Below are positions 10,182-20,001 of a DNA stretch of 64,000 bases, piece after piece. The translations under genes were made by a program, and so were the position numbers. The DNA is taken from assembly GCA_963797975.1 (NCBI GenBank), contig CAWCRH010000003.1:71099-135098 (forward strand). Reading direction: 5' to 3'. How positions within the stretch are numbered: the first letter of the stretch is position 1; each line of letters starts with the position of its first letter. Source of the DNA: an uncultured Thermoplasmata archaeon (GTDB taxonomy: Archaea; Thermoplasmatota; Thermoplasmata; Lutacidiplasmatales; UBA184). The notes under the pieces are model-generated. The model ran no database searches, had not been told where the DNA came from, and worked only from the letters and a program-made list of their open reading frames with translations.

Positions 10182-11182
10182 CGATCTCCCTTGGCGAGGC
10201 CCAGGAGCTCGCCCGAGAGCCCGCCCTCCCCTCCCCTTCCGTCGAGGTCGTCGCCCCGCCCCCGGTATCGCGGGAAGCCGCGGAGAACGTCCTACGCTAC
10301 CTCGTCTTCCACCATTCCCTCATTGGCGAGGGAGAGGGTCAATCGGCGCTCTTGGAGCGCTACATGAGTCTGGTAGAGAACCTCGAAGAGGGCCTGCACG
10401 TCGTGGTCGAAGACCCCTTCCAGAAGGCCACCGCGATGCTCTTCGAGCTCGTCATGAAGGAGGCGTTCGACCCGTGGGAGATCGACCTGGTACAGTTCAC
10501 CCGGGTCTACCTCGAGCGCTTCCGGTCCGAGGACGGGGTCGACTTCGGCGTCGCCGGCCGGCTCCTCTTCATGGCCTGGAACATCCTCTACCTCCAATCG
10601 GAGGAGATCCTGCACCACCGCGACCTCCCCCCCGAGGGGATGGATCCGGCAGATGACGGGGCCCTGATCGATCCTTCTCAGGAGACCTACCTCGACCTCA
10701 TGGTGACCCCGGAGGCGGTGGACGTCACGTCCACGATCCTGGATGGCGCGACACCGTCCCCGCTTCTCGAGATGGTGCGCCACCCCGAGACGAGACCGGT
10801 CTCGCTGCTCGAGCTCGTCCGCGCCCTGGATGAGGCGGAGGAAGACGCTCGCAGGGCCGCCCGCGTCCAAGAGCTGCGCGACCGGCTCCGGGAGGAGCAG
10901 CGAGCCCCGCCGGAACTCCTCGTCCATGGCGACATCCCCGACCGCGACGTGGAGGACGCCTGGAAGGGGGTCAGCCAGCATGCGGTCGGAGAGGCGTTCC
11001 CGTTCCTCGAGCTTTGGAAGGCAGCCCAGGGCCGAGGCCGGCTCGTCTCGACCCTCCTCGCCGCGCTCTACCTGGCCCGGGAGGGTGCTGTCGCCTTCCA
11101 GCAGGAGAAATTGATGGAGACCCCGGTGCTTCTGGTCCGTCAGGTCGAGACGCGAACGCCCCACATGGAGGTGGCCTCGTAG
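10178..11182 (+). CDS. scpA: Segregation and condensation protein A (kleisin)
   Basis: DPWEIDLV.FT..YL, R.VSL.ELV.AL, LAALYLA.EG motifs; ATGA overlap with smc. Confidence 0.9.
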   Translation: MTISLGEAQELAREPALPSPSVEVVAPPPVSREAAENVLRYLVFHHSLIGEGEGQSALLERYMSLVENLEEGLHVVVEDPFQKATAMLFELVMKEAFDPWEIDLVQFTRVYLERFRSEDGVDFGVAGRLLFMAWNILYLQSEEILHHRDLPPEGMDPADDGALIDPSQETYLDLMVTPEAVDVTSTILDGATPSPLLEMVRHPETRPVSLLELVRALDEAEEDARRAARVQELRDRLREEQRAPPELLVHGDIPDRDVEDAWKGVSQHAVGEAFPFLELWKAAQGRGRLVSTLLAALYLAREGAVAFQQEKLMETPVLLVRQVETRTPHMEVAS

Positions 11183-11184
11183 CC

Positions 11185-11825
11185 ATGGCGTCCAAGCTGG
11201 ACTCGGTGGTGCTGCACGTGGAGTCGGTCCTCTTCGCGAGCGGCCGACCGATGAGCGTAAAGGAACTCACGGAGGCCCTCGACCTTTCCGACTACCGCGT
11301 CGTGCAGCGCGCGCTGAGGACCCTGGAGCAGACCTACGGGAACCGGGCAGACGGCGCTCGAGGTCCGGCGCGTGGGCGATCGCTACGCCCTCCAGCTCCA
11401 AGAGGAGTTCGTCAGCAGCGTGCAGGCGGTCACCCCGGTCGAGATGTCCTCCCGGACGTTGAAGACGCTCACGTTGATCGCCTACCACCAGCCTCTCCTC
11501 CAGAGCAACCTGGTCCGGATGGTCGGGGACTCCGCCTACGAAGAGGTCCAGCGTCTCCGAGGGATGAACCTCATCCACACGGAGCCGAAGGGGTCGACGC
11601 TCGACTCGAGTACGACCCGCCGTTTCGCCGAGGTACTTCGGGATCGCCTCCACGAAGCCCGAAGAGATCCGTCGATTCCTCGAGGCGAAGCTCGGGATCG
11701 CCCCCCCGGCGCCGCCCTCCACCGGGCCGGAGTCCGATGCCGAGGAGCCCGCCGAGAGCGGGCCCGCCCCCGAGGTGGCCGCGCCGGCACTGTCCGTGGA
11801 AGCACCCGCGCCCCCCGCGGCGTGA
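11185..11825 (+). CDS. scpB: Segregation and condensation protein B, split by two single-base frameshifts (~11346, ~11631; likely sequencing errors)
   Basis: VESVLFASGRP, LKTLTLIAYHQP, TT.RFAEYFG are recovered across three frames by removing one G at each site; Pro/Glu-rich tail. Confidence 0.85.
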
Positions 11826-11876
11826 GAGCGGCGCCTTTACGCATCCTAATACGGCGGCCGGCCGTCGCCGCGTCAA

Positions 11877-12302
11877 ATGAGCTCTGCGCCCACGGACCTC
11901 GACCCCGCCTGCGTCTTCTGCCAGATCGTCACCAAGAAGGCGCCCTCCCACCTCGTCTACGAGGACGAGGAGGCGATCGCGTTCCTCGACCTCTTTCCGT
12001 TCACGCGCGGCCACCTCCTCGTCGTCCCGAAGCGACATGTGCCTCGGCTCACCGACCTTCCTGTCTCGGAGCACGCCGCCTATCTCGGCGCTCTCGCGAA
12101 AGTGTGCCGGCGCGTGGAGCGGTTGAGCCCCGATTACAACATCGCGCTCAACCAGGGGGCCCGAGCCGGCCAGGTCGTCTTCCACCTGCACTTCCACATC
12201 ATCCCTCGCTACGGGGAGGGGAACCCGTTCCACTCTCGACCGCGGGAGCGGCTCAGCGATGCCGCAGCCCGCGAGCTCCGCGCGACGCTGAGCGCCCCGT
12301 AA
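11877..12302 (+). CDS. HIT family nucleotide hydrolase
   Basis: CVFCQI, GHLLVVPKRH, HLHFHIIPR histidine triad. Confidence 0.95.
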   Translation: MSSAPTDLDPACVFCQIVTKKAPSHLVYEDEEAIAFLDLFPFTRGHLLVVPKRHVPRLTDLPVSEHAAYLGALAKVCRRVERLSPDYNIALNQGARAGQVVFHLHFHIIPRYGEGNPFHSRPRERLSDAAARELRATLSAP

Positions 12303-13154
12303 ATGCCCGCGGCTCTCGTCCGTCAGCCCGCCGTCCAGGGCCAGTTCTATGCCGGCGACGCGGCGGCGCTCCGGCGCGAGGTCGACGCCTGCTTTACCGA
12401 CCCGAGGGGGCCCGGCTCCCTCCCAAAGGAGCCCCGCCACGGACCCCGGTCGATCGTCGCGGCGATCGTCCCCCACGCGGGGTTCCCCTACTCCGGGCCG
12501 ATCGCGGCTCATGCCTACGCTGCGATCGCTCGCCAACCCGCTCCCTCATCGGTCGTGATCCTCGGGGTCGACCACCACGGTGTGGGGGGCCTCGCGTCCC
12601 TCTCGGCGCGCCCCTGGCGAACGCCGCTCGGGGACGTCCCGATCGACCGAGAGCTCCTCCGAGCGCTCGACCGCCCTCCGCTCGCGGTCGACGAGGCCGC
12701 GCACGTCCTCGAGCACTCTATCGAGGTCCAGCTCCCCTTCCTCCAACGCGTCCTCCCCGGCGTAGCGTTCGTCCCGATCCAGGTCCATTACGCGAGCTTC
12801 GAGGCCCTGAGCCGGGTCGCCGACGTGGTCCGGGAGGCGATCGAAGGACGTGACACCCTACTCCTCGCCTCGACCGACTTCACGCACTATGAACCCGCCG
12901 CCGTCGCCGAGGCGCTCGACCGAAAGGCGCTCGCGCCGATCCTTCGAATGGACGCGCGGGGCCTGTATGACGTCGTGGCGCGCGAGGGGCTGTCGATGTG
13001 CGGGATCGCACCGACCACGGTCCTGCTCGCCGCCCTTCGGGACAGAAACCTTTCCGTGCGTCTCTTGCGCTGGGGCCACTCGGGCGAGGCCGCGCCCATG
13101 GACGAGGTCGTGGGCTACGCCGCGCTCACGGTAGAACGTCCCGCCTCCCGTTAA
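12303..13154 (+). CDS. MEMO1 family / AmmeMemoRadiSam system protein B
   Basis: R.PAV.GQFY, PHAG..YSG, EHSIEVQLPFLQ, STDFTHY, MCG, VVGYA. Confidence 0.93.
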   Translation: MPAALVRQPAVQGQFYAGDAAALRREVDACFTDPRGPGSLPKEPRHGPRSIVAAIVPHAGFPYSGPIAAHAYAAIARQPAPSSVVILGVDHHGVGGLASLSARPWRTPLGDVPIDRELLRALDRPPLAVDEAAHVLEHSIEVQLPFLQRVLPGVAFVPIQVHYASFEALSRVADVVREAIEGRDTLLLASTDFTHYEPAAVAEALDRKALAPILRMDARGLYDVVAREGLSMCGIAPTTVLLAALRDRNLSVRLLRWGHSGEAAPMDEVVGYAALTVERPASR

Positions 13155-13191
13155 ATAAGGTGCCCGGCTCCTACGCCCTGGTCCCGTTTCG

Positions 13192-13782
13192 ATGATCCTT
13201 TCGGACGCGAAGATCCGCGAAGAGATGCGCCGGGGCCGGATCGTGATCCGTCCGTATCGGCCCGACTGCCTGGGAACGAACTCCTACGATGTCCACCTCG
13301 GCCCATACCTCGCCGTCTATCGGAACGGAGCGCTGGACGCTCGCCGGCCAAACCCGGTCCGCGAGTTCCGCATCCCGCGCGAGGGCTTCGTGCTCATCCC
13401 CAATCAGCTCTATCTCGCGGTCACGCAGGAGTACACGGAGACCCACGGGTTCGTCCCCTTCCTCGAAGGGAAGTCGAGCCTCGGCCGGCTCGGCATCGAC
13501 ATCCACGCCACCGCGGGCAAGGGCGACGAGGGGTTCTGTAACTACTGGACGCTCGAGATGAGCGTGAAGCTCCCCGTCCGCATCTACGCGGGCATGCCCG
13601 TGGGCCAGCTGATCTATTTCGAGATCTCAGGAAAGGTCGGCCGCAGCTATTCGGCGAAAGCCTCCGCGAAGTACCGCCGGGTGAGCCCCCACCCGGCGCC
13701 GTCGAGGATGTACCTCAATTTCCCGTTGCGGCGTCCGCGCCGACGCCCCGCGCGTCAGCGCGTCGGCGCCGGCGCGAGGTAG
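13192..13782 (+). CDS. dcd: dCTP deaminase
   Basis: MILSD..I, SYDVHLG, EGKSSLGRLG, TLEM, GQLIYF. Confidence 0.92.
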   Translation: MILSDAKIREEMRRGRIVIRPYRPDCLGTNSYDVHLGPYLAVYRNGALDARRPNPVREFRIPREGFVLIPNQLYLAVTQEYTETHGFVPFLEGKSSLGRLGIDIHATAGKGDEGFCNYWTLEMSVKLPVRIYAGMPVGQLIYFEISGKVGRSYSAKASAKYRRVSPHPAPSRMYLNFPLRRPRRRPARQRVGAGAR

Positions 13783-16647
13783 AACGCGGGCCGCCCTGGC
13801 CGCGCTCGCTCGCGGCGTTTCATCGGGTCGATGGCCACGGCCTCGGACTCCGGGTGAACGCTCACCTCACGAAAACCGAAGCGGCGGGTGAGATAGCCCT
13901 CGGCCGCGCGCAGCGTGCCGACCTCGTCCAGCACCGGAGCGAGAGGGGCGCCCTCGCTCCTCAGAAGAGGAAGGACCTTCTGAACGTAGCCCGCGATCTC
14001 ACCCCGATGCGACGCAAGCTCGGGGTGACCCTAGTACCCGTTGCATGACGCTCGCCACGGACGGTGCTTCTCCCTCGTCGAGCCCCTCGCGCACCCACAC
14101 CTCCACCTCGCGCTTCCAGGGCGCCGCGACGTAGAAGAGAACGGTCTCGGGCACCGGCTCACCATGCTCCTGGATCGGTCGAAGGACGTTGCGCAGGTCC
14201 TCCTCGACCTGTGCGAGGAAGCGCTCGGCCGCCTCGGACCCTTCCGAGCGCGGGAACTCCTCCGGGGTCGGCCAGGCCTGGCGTGCGACGAGCGTGTCGA
14301 AGCGGCCCTCCCCCAGTTCTTCGGCCAGGTGCGGTGTGATCGGTGCGAGAAGGCGGATCCACGCCCGGCCGACCCGGTCGGTCGCCTGCCCGGCGACTCC
14401 GCCTCGCGCATAGTAGCGGCGCAGAAGGGTCGGGATGCGAACGTAGACGAGCTCGGCGGCCTCGCGGAGGCGGACGGCGTGGTAGGCGTCCCCGCTCGCC
14501 CGAACGATCGCGTGCATCTCACTGAGGAGCCACGCGTCCAGTTCGGGTTCGCCCGCGGAATCTCCCCGGGTCTCACGCACCATCCGTTCGATGTCGGCAA
14601 GTCGTTGGGTCGCCGCATCGGCCAGCGTCGGGTCCCATTCGACGTCGAACTCCGGGAGCACGGCCGAGACGTACTGCAGCCGTAGCGCGTCCGCGCCCCA
14701 CCGCTCGAGCGCGTCCAGGATCGGCGGGATCGGTCCTCCCTTCGCGCTCACGTCCTTCTTCGAGACCTTCTCCCCGCTCTCGGTGGTGATCCAGCCGTGC
14801 GCGAGGAGAGCTCGAGGCCCGAGCTCGGGAGGGAGCAGGCGGGCGTGGGTCATGACGAACGGGGGGAAGTGCACCCGGCGGTGCTCCTTGCCCCCGATGT
14901 TCAGGTCGAGCGGGTACCAGTACAGGAACTCGGCCCGGATCGTCTCGAGGAGCGCGCGGTCTACCAGGGGTTCTCCGGGGCCTTCCCCCAGGAAGACGTA
15001 GTCGAAGAACGCGGTGGTCAGGTGCTCGGGGGGGATCGCGTGGCGCGAGACCATCCGGCGGACGATGTAGTAGGCGGGGTAGAACGTCGAGTCGGCGATC
15101 GGCTCGATGATCCATTCCGGGTCGAATGGGAACGGGGTCCCGAGCCAGCGGCCGCGTCGTGTGCACGGTCGGTCGTCGATCCAGTCGATGATGGCAGGGA
15201 AATCGCGGGCGTAGCCCTCGGGAAGGATCGTCATGCGAGCCACCTGCTCGCGTGCGAGGTCCTTCCACTCGGGGTCGCTGTAGCGCAGAAACCACTGGTG
15301 AGGGATCCGACGGATGACGACCGGGTGCCCGTTACGGCAGATCACTGGCTCGGAGAACTCCTGGAGCTCGACACCGATGTTCTCTCGGCGAAGGCGCTCC
15401 TCGACCTTGGTCCGGGCCTCGGCGACGGGGACGCCGAGCAGGTCGGGGACGGTCATCGTACCGCGAGCATATTCCAGTCGGTAGAGCCGCTCCGTCGCCT
15501 CGTGGAGGGGCTCGGTATCCGCGAGGCTCTTCGCACCGGTCGCGCGGTTCGCTCGCTCGGCCGGGGTCCCCCGGCCTTCCCCTAGGGGGCGGTCGGAGAC
15601 GGAGAGCTCGCCGGCCGGCGGGACCGCGAGGATGATCAGGGGTGGTCGGAGGAGGTCGCGGACCTTGGGGCTCAAGTGGGCGATCGCGAGCGCATCGGCC
15701 GGGGCGTGCGCCGGCACGGACATCACTACGCCGGTGGCCACATGAGGGTCGACGAGCGGGCTTGCGAGGACCGGGACCCGGCTCCCTACCAGCGGTACCG
15801 TCGCATTCTTCCCCTGGAGCTCCCCGGGGAGCACCGGATGGCCCACGCGTCCTCCGTGCTGCTCGACCAGGTGCTCGGCGGCCGCGCGGCTGACGAGGTA
15901 GGTGCGGTTCTCGTGGTGCCACACCACGAGCGGTTCATGCTCCGGGATCCAGACGTTCGTCACGCCATAGATCGTCTCGGGCCTCAGCGTCGCCGCGAGC
16001 AGGAGGCGGCCGTCGTCCAGGCGGAAGGGAAGGGTCATGTAGCGCACGATCTCCGCGCTCCCGCCGCGGGAGAGGTCGGTCTCAGACGGGTCGACCGCGA
16101 CGGGGCCGCACGTCGGGCAGACCGGAGCAAAGTGGGTCTTCTGGACGAGGGCGCCGCGGTGCTTGAGCTGATGGAACTGCCAGCGGATGAACGCCCGGTA
16201 GTCCTCGTCGGTCGTGACGAGGAAGGCGCTCTCGTCGATGAGCAGACCCATTCGACGGAAGACGGCGAGGTAGTTCTTGCCCAGGAAGCGCGCCGCGAAG
16301 TCGGGGTCCTCGAGCTGGGGCCATACGGAGGGGTCGACGCCGTTCAGTTCCAACTCGCGGACGGTGTTCGGCTGGCGTTCGCGTACCTTCTGAGCGAACG
16401 TCACCGCCGGCAGGCCCGAGGCGTGAATGCCCGTCGGGAAGAAGACCTCGGCGCCGCGCATGCGATGGTAGCGATGGAGCGCGTCCGCGTACACGAGTCC
16501 GCGGAAGTGCCCGACGTGGAGGAACCCGCTCGGCCCTGGGTAGGCCACGATCGCGTAGAACTTCTCGTGGTCGGCGTGCCGGACGGCCCGCGAAAGCTCC
16601 GCGGTGCTCCACGCCTCCTGCCAGCGAGACTCTTTAGCGGCGTCCAT
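13755..16647 (-). CDS. leuS: Leucine--tRNA ligase (archaeal type), single-base frameshift near 14030
   Basis: YPGPSGFLHVGH (HIGH), ATLRPETIYGVTN CP1 editing motif, IIEPIADSTFYPAYY; the C-terminal PGRPAFYL is recovered by removing one G. Confidence 0.93.
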
Positions 16648-16763
16648 CGGAAGGGCTCGGAATCGGGCGCTGTATTTGAGGGTCCCCCGGACGCACGGGG
16701 GCGCGCTCCGCCGCCAGGTCGAAGCCCTCAAGAGCGCCGAGGGGGGATAGACGGTGGACGCCC

Positions 16764-17597
16764 GTGAGCGAATCTCCTCAGCCCAACGCCGCTAGATCCG
16801 TGGCCGCGCCCCCGTTCTCGGTCACGATGACGGTGCGTAACGAGGCGGCCACCATCCTGACAGCGCTGGATTCGATCCTCTCCCAGCTATCGCCCGACGT
16901 GGAGCTCGTCATTGTGGACGCCCAATCCGACGACGGTACCTGGGCGCTCATCGAGGAACGCGCGCGACAAGACCCCCGCCTACACCCTCACCGAGCCCAG
17001 TGCAACCGGGGGGAGGGACGCAACCTCGCGGTCGGCCAGGCGCGTTCCGACATCCTGGTGACACATGTGGACGGGGACGTGCGCTACGCCCCAGGGGTCT
17101 TCTCTTCGGCCGCCCACGAGCTCCGGGGACAGTCGACGGTGCCCATGCTCTGGGCGCTCGGAAAGTCCGACCCGAACCCCAGCTCAACGAAGTTCATGGT
17201 CTGGCGACGGGAAGCCCTCGCCTCGCTCGGGGGTTATCCCACCACCCAGCGGAACGAAGACATCGGGCTCATCCTCCGGGCGTTCCGACAGGGGGTAACC
17301 GTCCGCCGCTTCGTCGTTCCTCGAGTGGGCGATAGCCTCGACGCCTACGAGCAGGGGACCGCGCCGAACTACGCGCCGTGGCTGCGCTTTCGCCATTACT
17401 TCACGGGCGTGGACCGGCTCATCAAAGCGGGGTTTACCTACCCCGAGTACCTTCGATTGCTGTACGTGACTCGGGTCAACCTCTCTCGTTTCATGGCCGC
17501 GGCCGCGCTGGGCGCGGGGCGTTATTTGGTAGGCGCTCATCCTTCTGCGAATGGAGGCGCCGGTCGTACGACCGATACGCCGAACGGAGGGGCCTAA
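16764..17597 (+). CDS. Glycosyltransferase family 2
   Basis: RNEA..I...LDSIL, IVDAQSDDGT, GRN, DGD (DxD), ED. Confidence 0.88.
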   Translation: MSESPQPNAARSVAAPPFSVTMTVRNEAATILTALDSILSQLSPDVELVIVDAQSDDGTWALIEERARQDPRLHPHRAQCNRGEGRNLAVGQARSDILVTHVDGDVRYAPGVFSSAAHELRGQSTVPMLWALGKSDPNPSSTKFMVWRREALASLGGYPTTQRNEDIGLILRAFRQGVTVRRFVVPRVGDSLDAYEQGTAPNYAPWLRFRHYFTGVDRLIKAGFTYPEYLRLLYVTRVNLSRFMAAAALGAGRYLVGAHPSANGGAGRTTDTPNGGA

Positions 17598-17604
17598 CTC
17601 ATCC

Positions 17605-18234
17605 ATGCGCATCATCGAGGTCTTCCACTCCATCCAGGGGGAAGGTCCCCTTACGGGGGTCCGGACCACCTTCATCCGCACCGCTCGATGTAACCTGCGG
17701 TGCGCGTGGTGCGACACCACCTACTCCTTCGGGCCGGGCCGGGAGCGGTCGATCGCCTCCCTCGTCAAGGAGGTCGATCGGAACCGAACCCGGTTCGTCT
17801 GCCTGACCGGCGGCGAGCCGCTCCTGCAATCCGACTCCGTCCGCTTGGTCCGAGAGCTCAGCGGGCGGGGACGCGAAGTGGTCATCGAGACCGGCGGCTC
17901 CCTCGACGTCGCGCCATACCTCGGCATCCCTCACGTGGTTCTCAGCGTCGACGTGAAGTGCCCTTCCTCACGAATGGAGTCGCACAACCGCTGGGGGAAC
18001 CTCCCTCGTCTGCGCGCAGCGGACGTCGTGAAGTTCGTCATCCAGGACCGAGTGGACTACCTCTACGCGCGCAGAGTCCTCCGCGAAAAGCGGACCCGGG
18101 CGCAGGTCGTCTTCCAGCCGGCGTGGGGGAGCCCGGGGGCGGCGCTCGCCGACTGGGTGCTCGCCGACCGGCTTGACGCTCGCGTCATGCTGCAAGAGCA
18201 CAAGGTCCTCTGGGGTGACGTCCCAGGCCGGTAG
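17605..18234 (+). CDS. queE: 7-carboxy-7-deazaguanine synthase (radical SAM)
   Basis: EVFHSIQGEG, CNLRCAWCDT, LTGGEPLLQ, QEHK.LWG. Confidence 0.9.
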   Translation: MRIIEVFHSIQGEGPLTGVRTTFIRTARCNLRCAWCDTTYSFGPGRERSIASLVKEVDRNRTRFVCLTGGEPLLQSDSVRLVRELSGRGREVVIETGGSLDVAPYLGIPHVVLSVDVKCPSSRMESHNRWGNLPRLRAADVVKFVIQDRVDYLYARRVLREKRTRAQVVFQPAWGSPGAALADWVLADRLDARVMLQEHKVLWGDVPGR

Positions 18235-18293
18235 ACGCCCTCCGCCGCTGACGATACGCTAATGAGTCCCGGCCCCTCCGGCGGCGGGACACT

Positions 18294-19403
18294 ATGAGCC
18301 CGGAACCGTTGTCGTCCCCCGAGCGCGTCGCCGGGCTCACTCCCGAGTTCGGAAAGGCCCGCTCGATGATCTTCCCCCGAATCGTCCTCGCCGGGCACAA
18401 CGTGCTGCCGGAGCTCGCAGAGACCTGCCACGAATTTGGGTTTGCCTCGCGCGGGGCGGTGATCACCGGCCCCACCACGAAGACCCTCGCGGGGGACCGA
18501 TGCGCGGAGATCCTGCAGACCGCGGGGTTCACGATATCCGTGACGGTCGCGCACGAGGCGACCGAGGCCGAGGTCGAACGGGTCGGGGTCGAGGTCACCC
18601 AGGCGAACGCCGGATTCCTGGTCGCCGTCGGGGGTGGCTCCAAGATCGATATCGCCAAGGTCGTCGCGAAGCGCCACCACCTCCCCTTCATCAGCGTCCC
18701 GACCTCCGCCGCGCACGACGGGATCTCCTCCCCGCGGGCGTCGCTGCACGGCCGCACGACGTCGACCAGCATCGAGGGTGCGATGCCGGTCGGGATCCTC
18801 GCGGACACCTCCTTGATCGTCCAGGCTCCCTTTCGGCTCCTCGCCTCGGGGTGCGCGGACGTCATCAGCAACGTGACCGCGGTCCTCGATTGGAAGCTCG
18901 CGGTCCGCCTGCGGAACGAGGAGTACTCGAGCACGGCCGCGATGTTTGCCGAGTACGCGGCTCAGGAGATCATGGACCACGCGGGCCTCATCAAGCCCGG
19001 CCTGGAGGAATCGGCGTGGATCGCGATCCGCCCGATGCTCATCGCGGGCATCGCGATGAGCGTCGCCGGTTCCTCCCGACCGTGCTCGGGGAGCGAGCAC
19101 CTCTTCAGCCACGCGCTCGATACGGTCGCGAAGCACCCCGCGTTGCACGGGGAGCAATGCGGCGTCGGCGCGATCATGATGATGCACTTACACGGGGGTG
19201 ACTGGCGTCGCGTCAAGCACGCGCTAGCGACGATCGGAGCTCCGACGACCGCGCCCGAGCTCGGCGTCACGACCGAGGAGGTCATTCGCGCCCTCGTGAA
19301 GGCCCACTCCATACGGCCGGAGCGCTACACCATCCTGGGGGGGAGCGGGCTCACCTGGGACGCCGCTGAGCGCCTCGCCAAGGTCACGGGGGTCGTCGAC
19401 TGA
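18294..19403 (+). CDS. egsA: sn-glycerol-1-phosphate dehydrogenase
   Basis: GGGSKIDIAK, PTSAAHDGISS, SSRPCSGSEHLFSHALD, LHGEQCG, RPERYTILG. Confidence 0.96.
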   Translation: MSPEPLSSPERVAGLTPEFGKARSMIFPRIVLAGHNVLPELAETCHEFGFASRGAVITGPTTKTLAGDRCAEILQTAGFTISVTVAHEATEAEVERVGVEVTQANAGFLVAVGGGSKIDIAKVVAKRHHLPFISVPTSAAHDGISSPRASLHGRTTSTSIEGAMPVGILADTSLIVQAPFRLLASGCADVISNVTAVLDWKLAVRLRNEEYSSTAAMFAEYAAQEIMDHAGLIKPGLEESAWIAIRPMLIAGIAMSVAGSSRPCSGSEHLFSHALDTVAKHPALHGEQCGVGAIMMMHLHGGDWRRVKHALATIGAPTTAPELGVTTEEVIRALVKAHSIRPERYTILGGSGLTWDAAERLAKVTGVVD

Positions 19404-19404
19404 G

Positions 19405-19833
19405 ATGGCGGAGATCACGCTGCTCGCGAGCGCGGAAGCGAACGTCGGTTTCGAGTTCGTCTACCAGGGGGGCGCACCGGTCTGCCGGACGTGCCCCTAC
19501 CGTCAGGCGTGCCTCACGCTCGACCCCGGCCGCCGCTACACGGTAACGCGCGTGAGGCCGGTCCAACACCCCTGCGCGCTCCAGGAGAGCTCGGCGAACG
19601 TCGTGGAAGTTAGGCCCGTTCCGCGCGTGCTGCTCGTCGAGGCACGGAGCGCGACCATCGGAGCGAGTGTGGAGGTCGGACGATACCCCTGTCATCGCCT
19701 CGACTGCCCACATTGGTCCGACTGTGCCGGCCCCAGCCTGCCGGCGAAACAACGATACCAGATCGAACGCGTACGGCCCGAGCCAGCGGACTGCCGCATC
19801 GGCAGAACGCTCAAACAGGTCGAGGCCGTCTAG
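19405..19833 (+). CDS. UPF0179 family archaeal protein
   Basis: ITL....A.VG.EFVY.G....C..C....C..L..GRRY; usual neighbour of egsA. Confidence 0.85.
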   Translation: MAEITLLASAEANVGFEFVYQGGAPVCRTCPYRQACLTLDPGRRYTVTRVRPVQHPCALQESSANVVEVRPVPRVLLVEARSATIGASVEVGRYPCHRLDCPHWSDCAGPSLPAKQRYQIERVRPEPADCRIGRTLKQVEAV

Positions 19834-19844
19834 GACGGCCGTGC

Positions 19845-19953
19845 GGGGCTGTGGGGTAGCTACGGACAGGAGACCGCTTTCTCGGTCCGCTCTACTGGTC
19901 CATCCTTCGAGCTTTGGGAGCTCGGGACCCCGATTCAAATTCGGGCAGCCCCA
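19845..19953 (+). tRNA. tRNA-Pro(UGG) with a 34-nt D-loop intron (19862-19895)
   Basis: Acceptor GGGGCTG/CAGCCCC+A, anticodon arm CGAGC-TTTGGGA-GCTCG, T arm CCCGA-TTCAAAT-TCGGG; removing 19862-19895 gives a normal D arm GTAGCTTGGTCCATCC. Confidence 0.9.
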
Positions 19954-20001
19954 TACGGGCCTCGGCGCAGGGATGAGACCCAACCCCGGGTGAGGTCGAT
20001 C

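Noticed and set aside
7506-11164. Long antisense ORFs (426, 453 and 290 aa) and similar shadow ORFs throughout the window
   Set aside because: They mirror strongly supported genes on the opposite strand, a known artefact of GC-rich codon bias
6555-11825. Wadjet/MksBEF-type defence SMC system
   Set aside because: Canonical Smc hinge with ScpA and ScpB and no JetD/Toprim nuclease; this is the housekeeping condensin
11372-12853. 493-aa ScpB fusion ORF
   Set aside because: Product of the scpB frameshift reading out of frame through the HIT and MEMO1 genes
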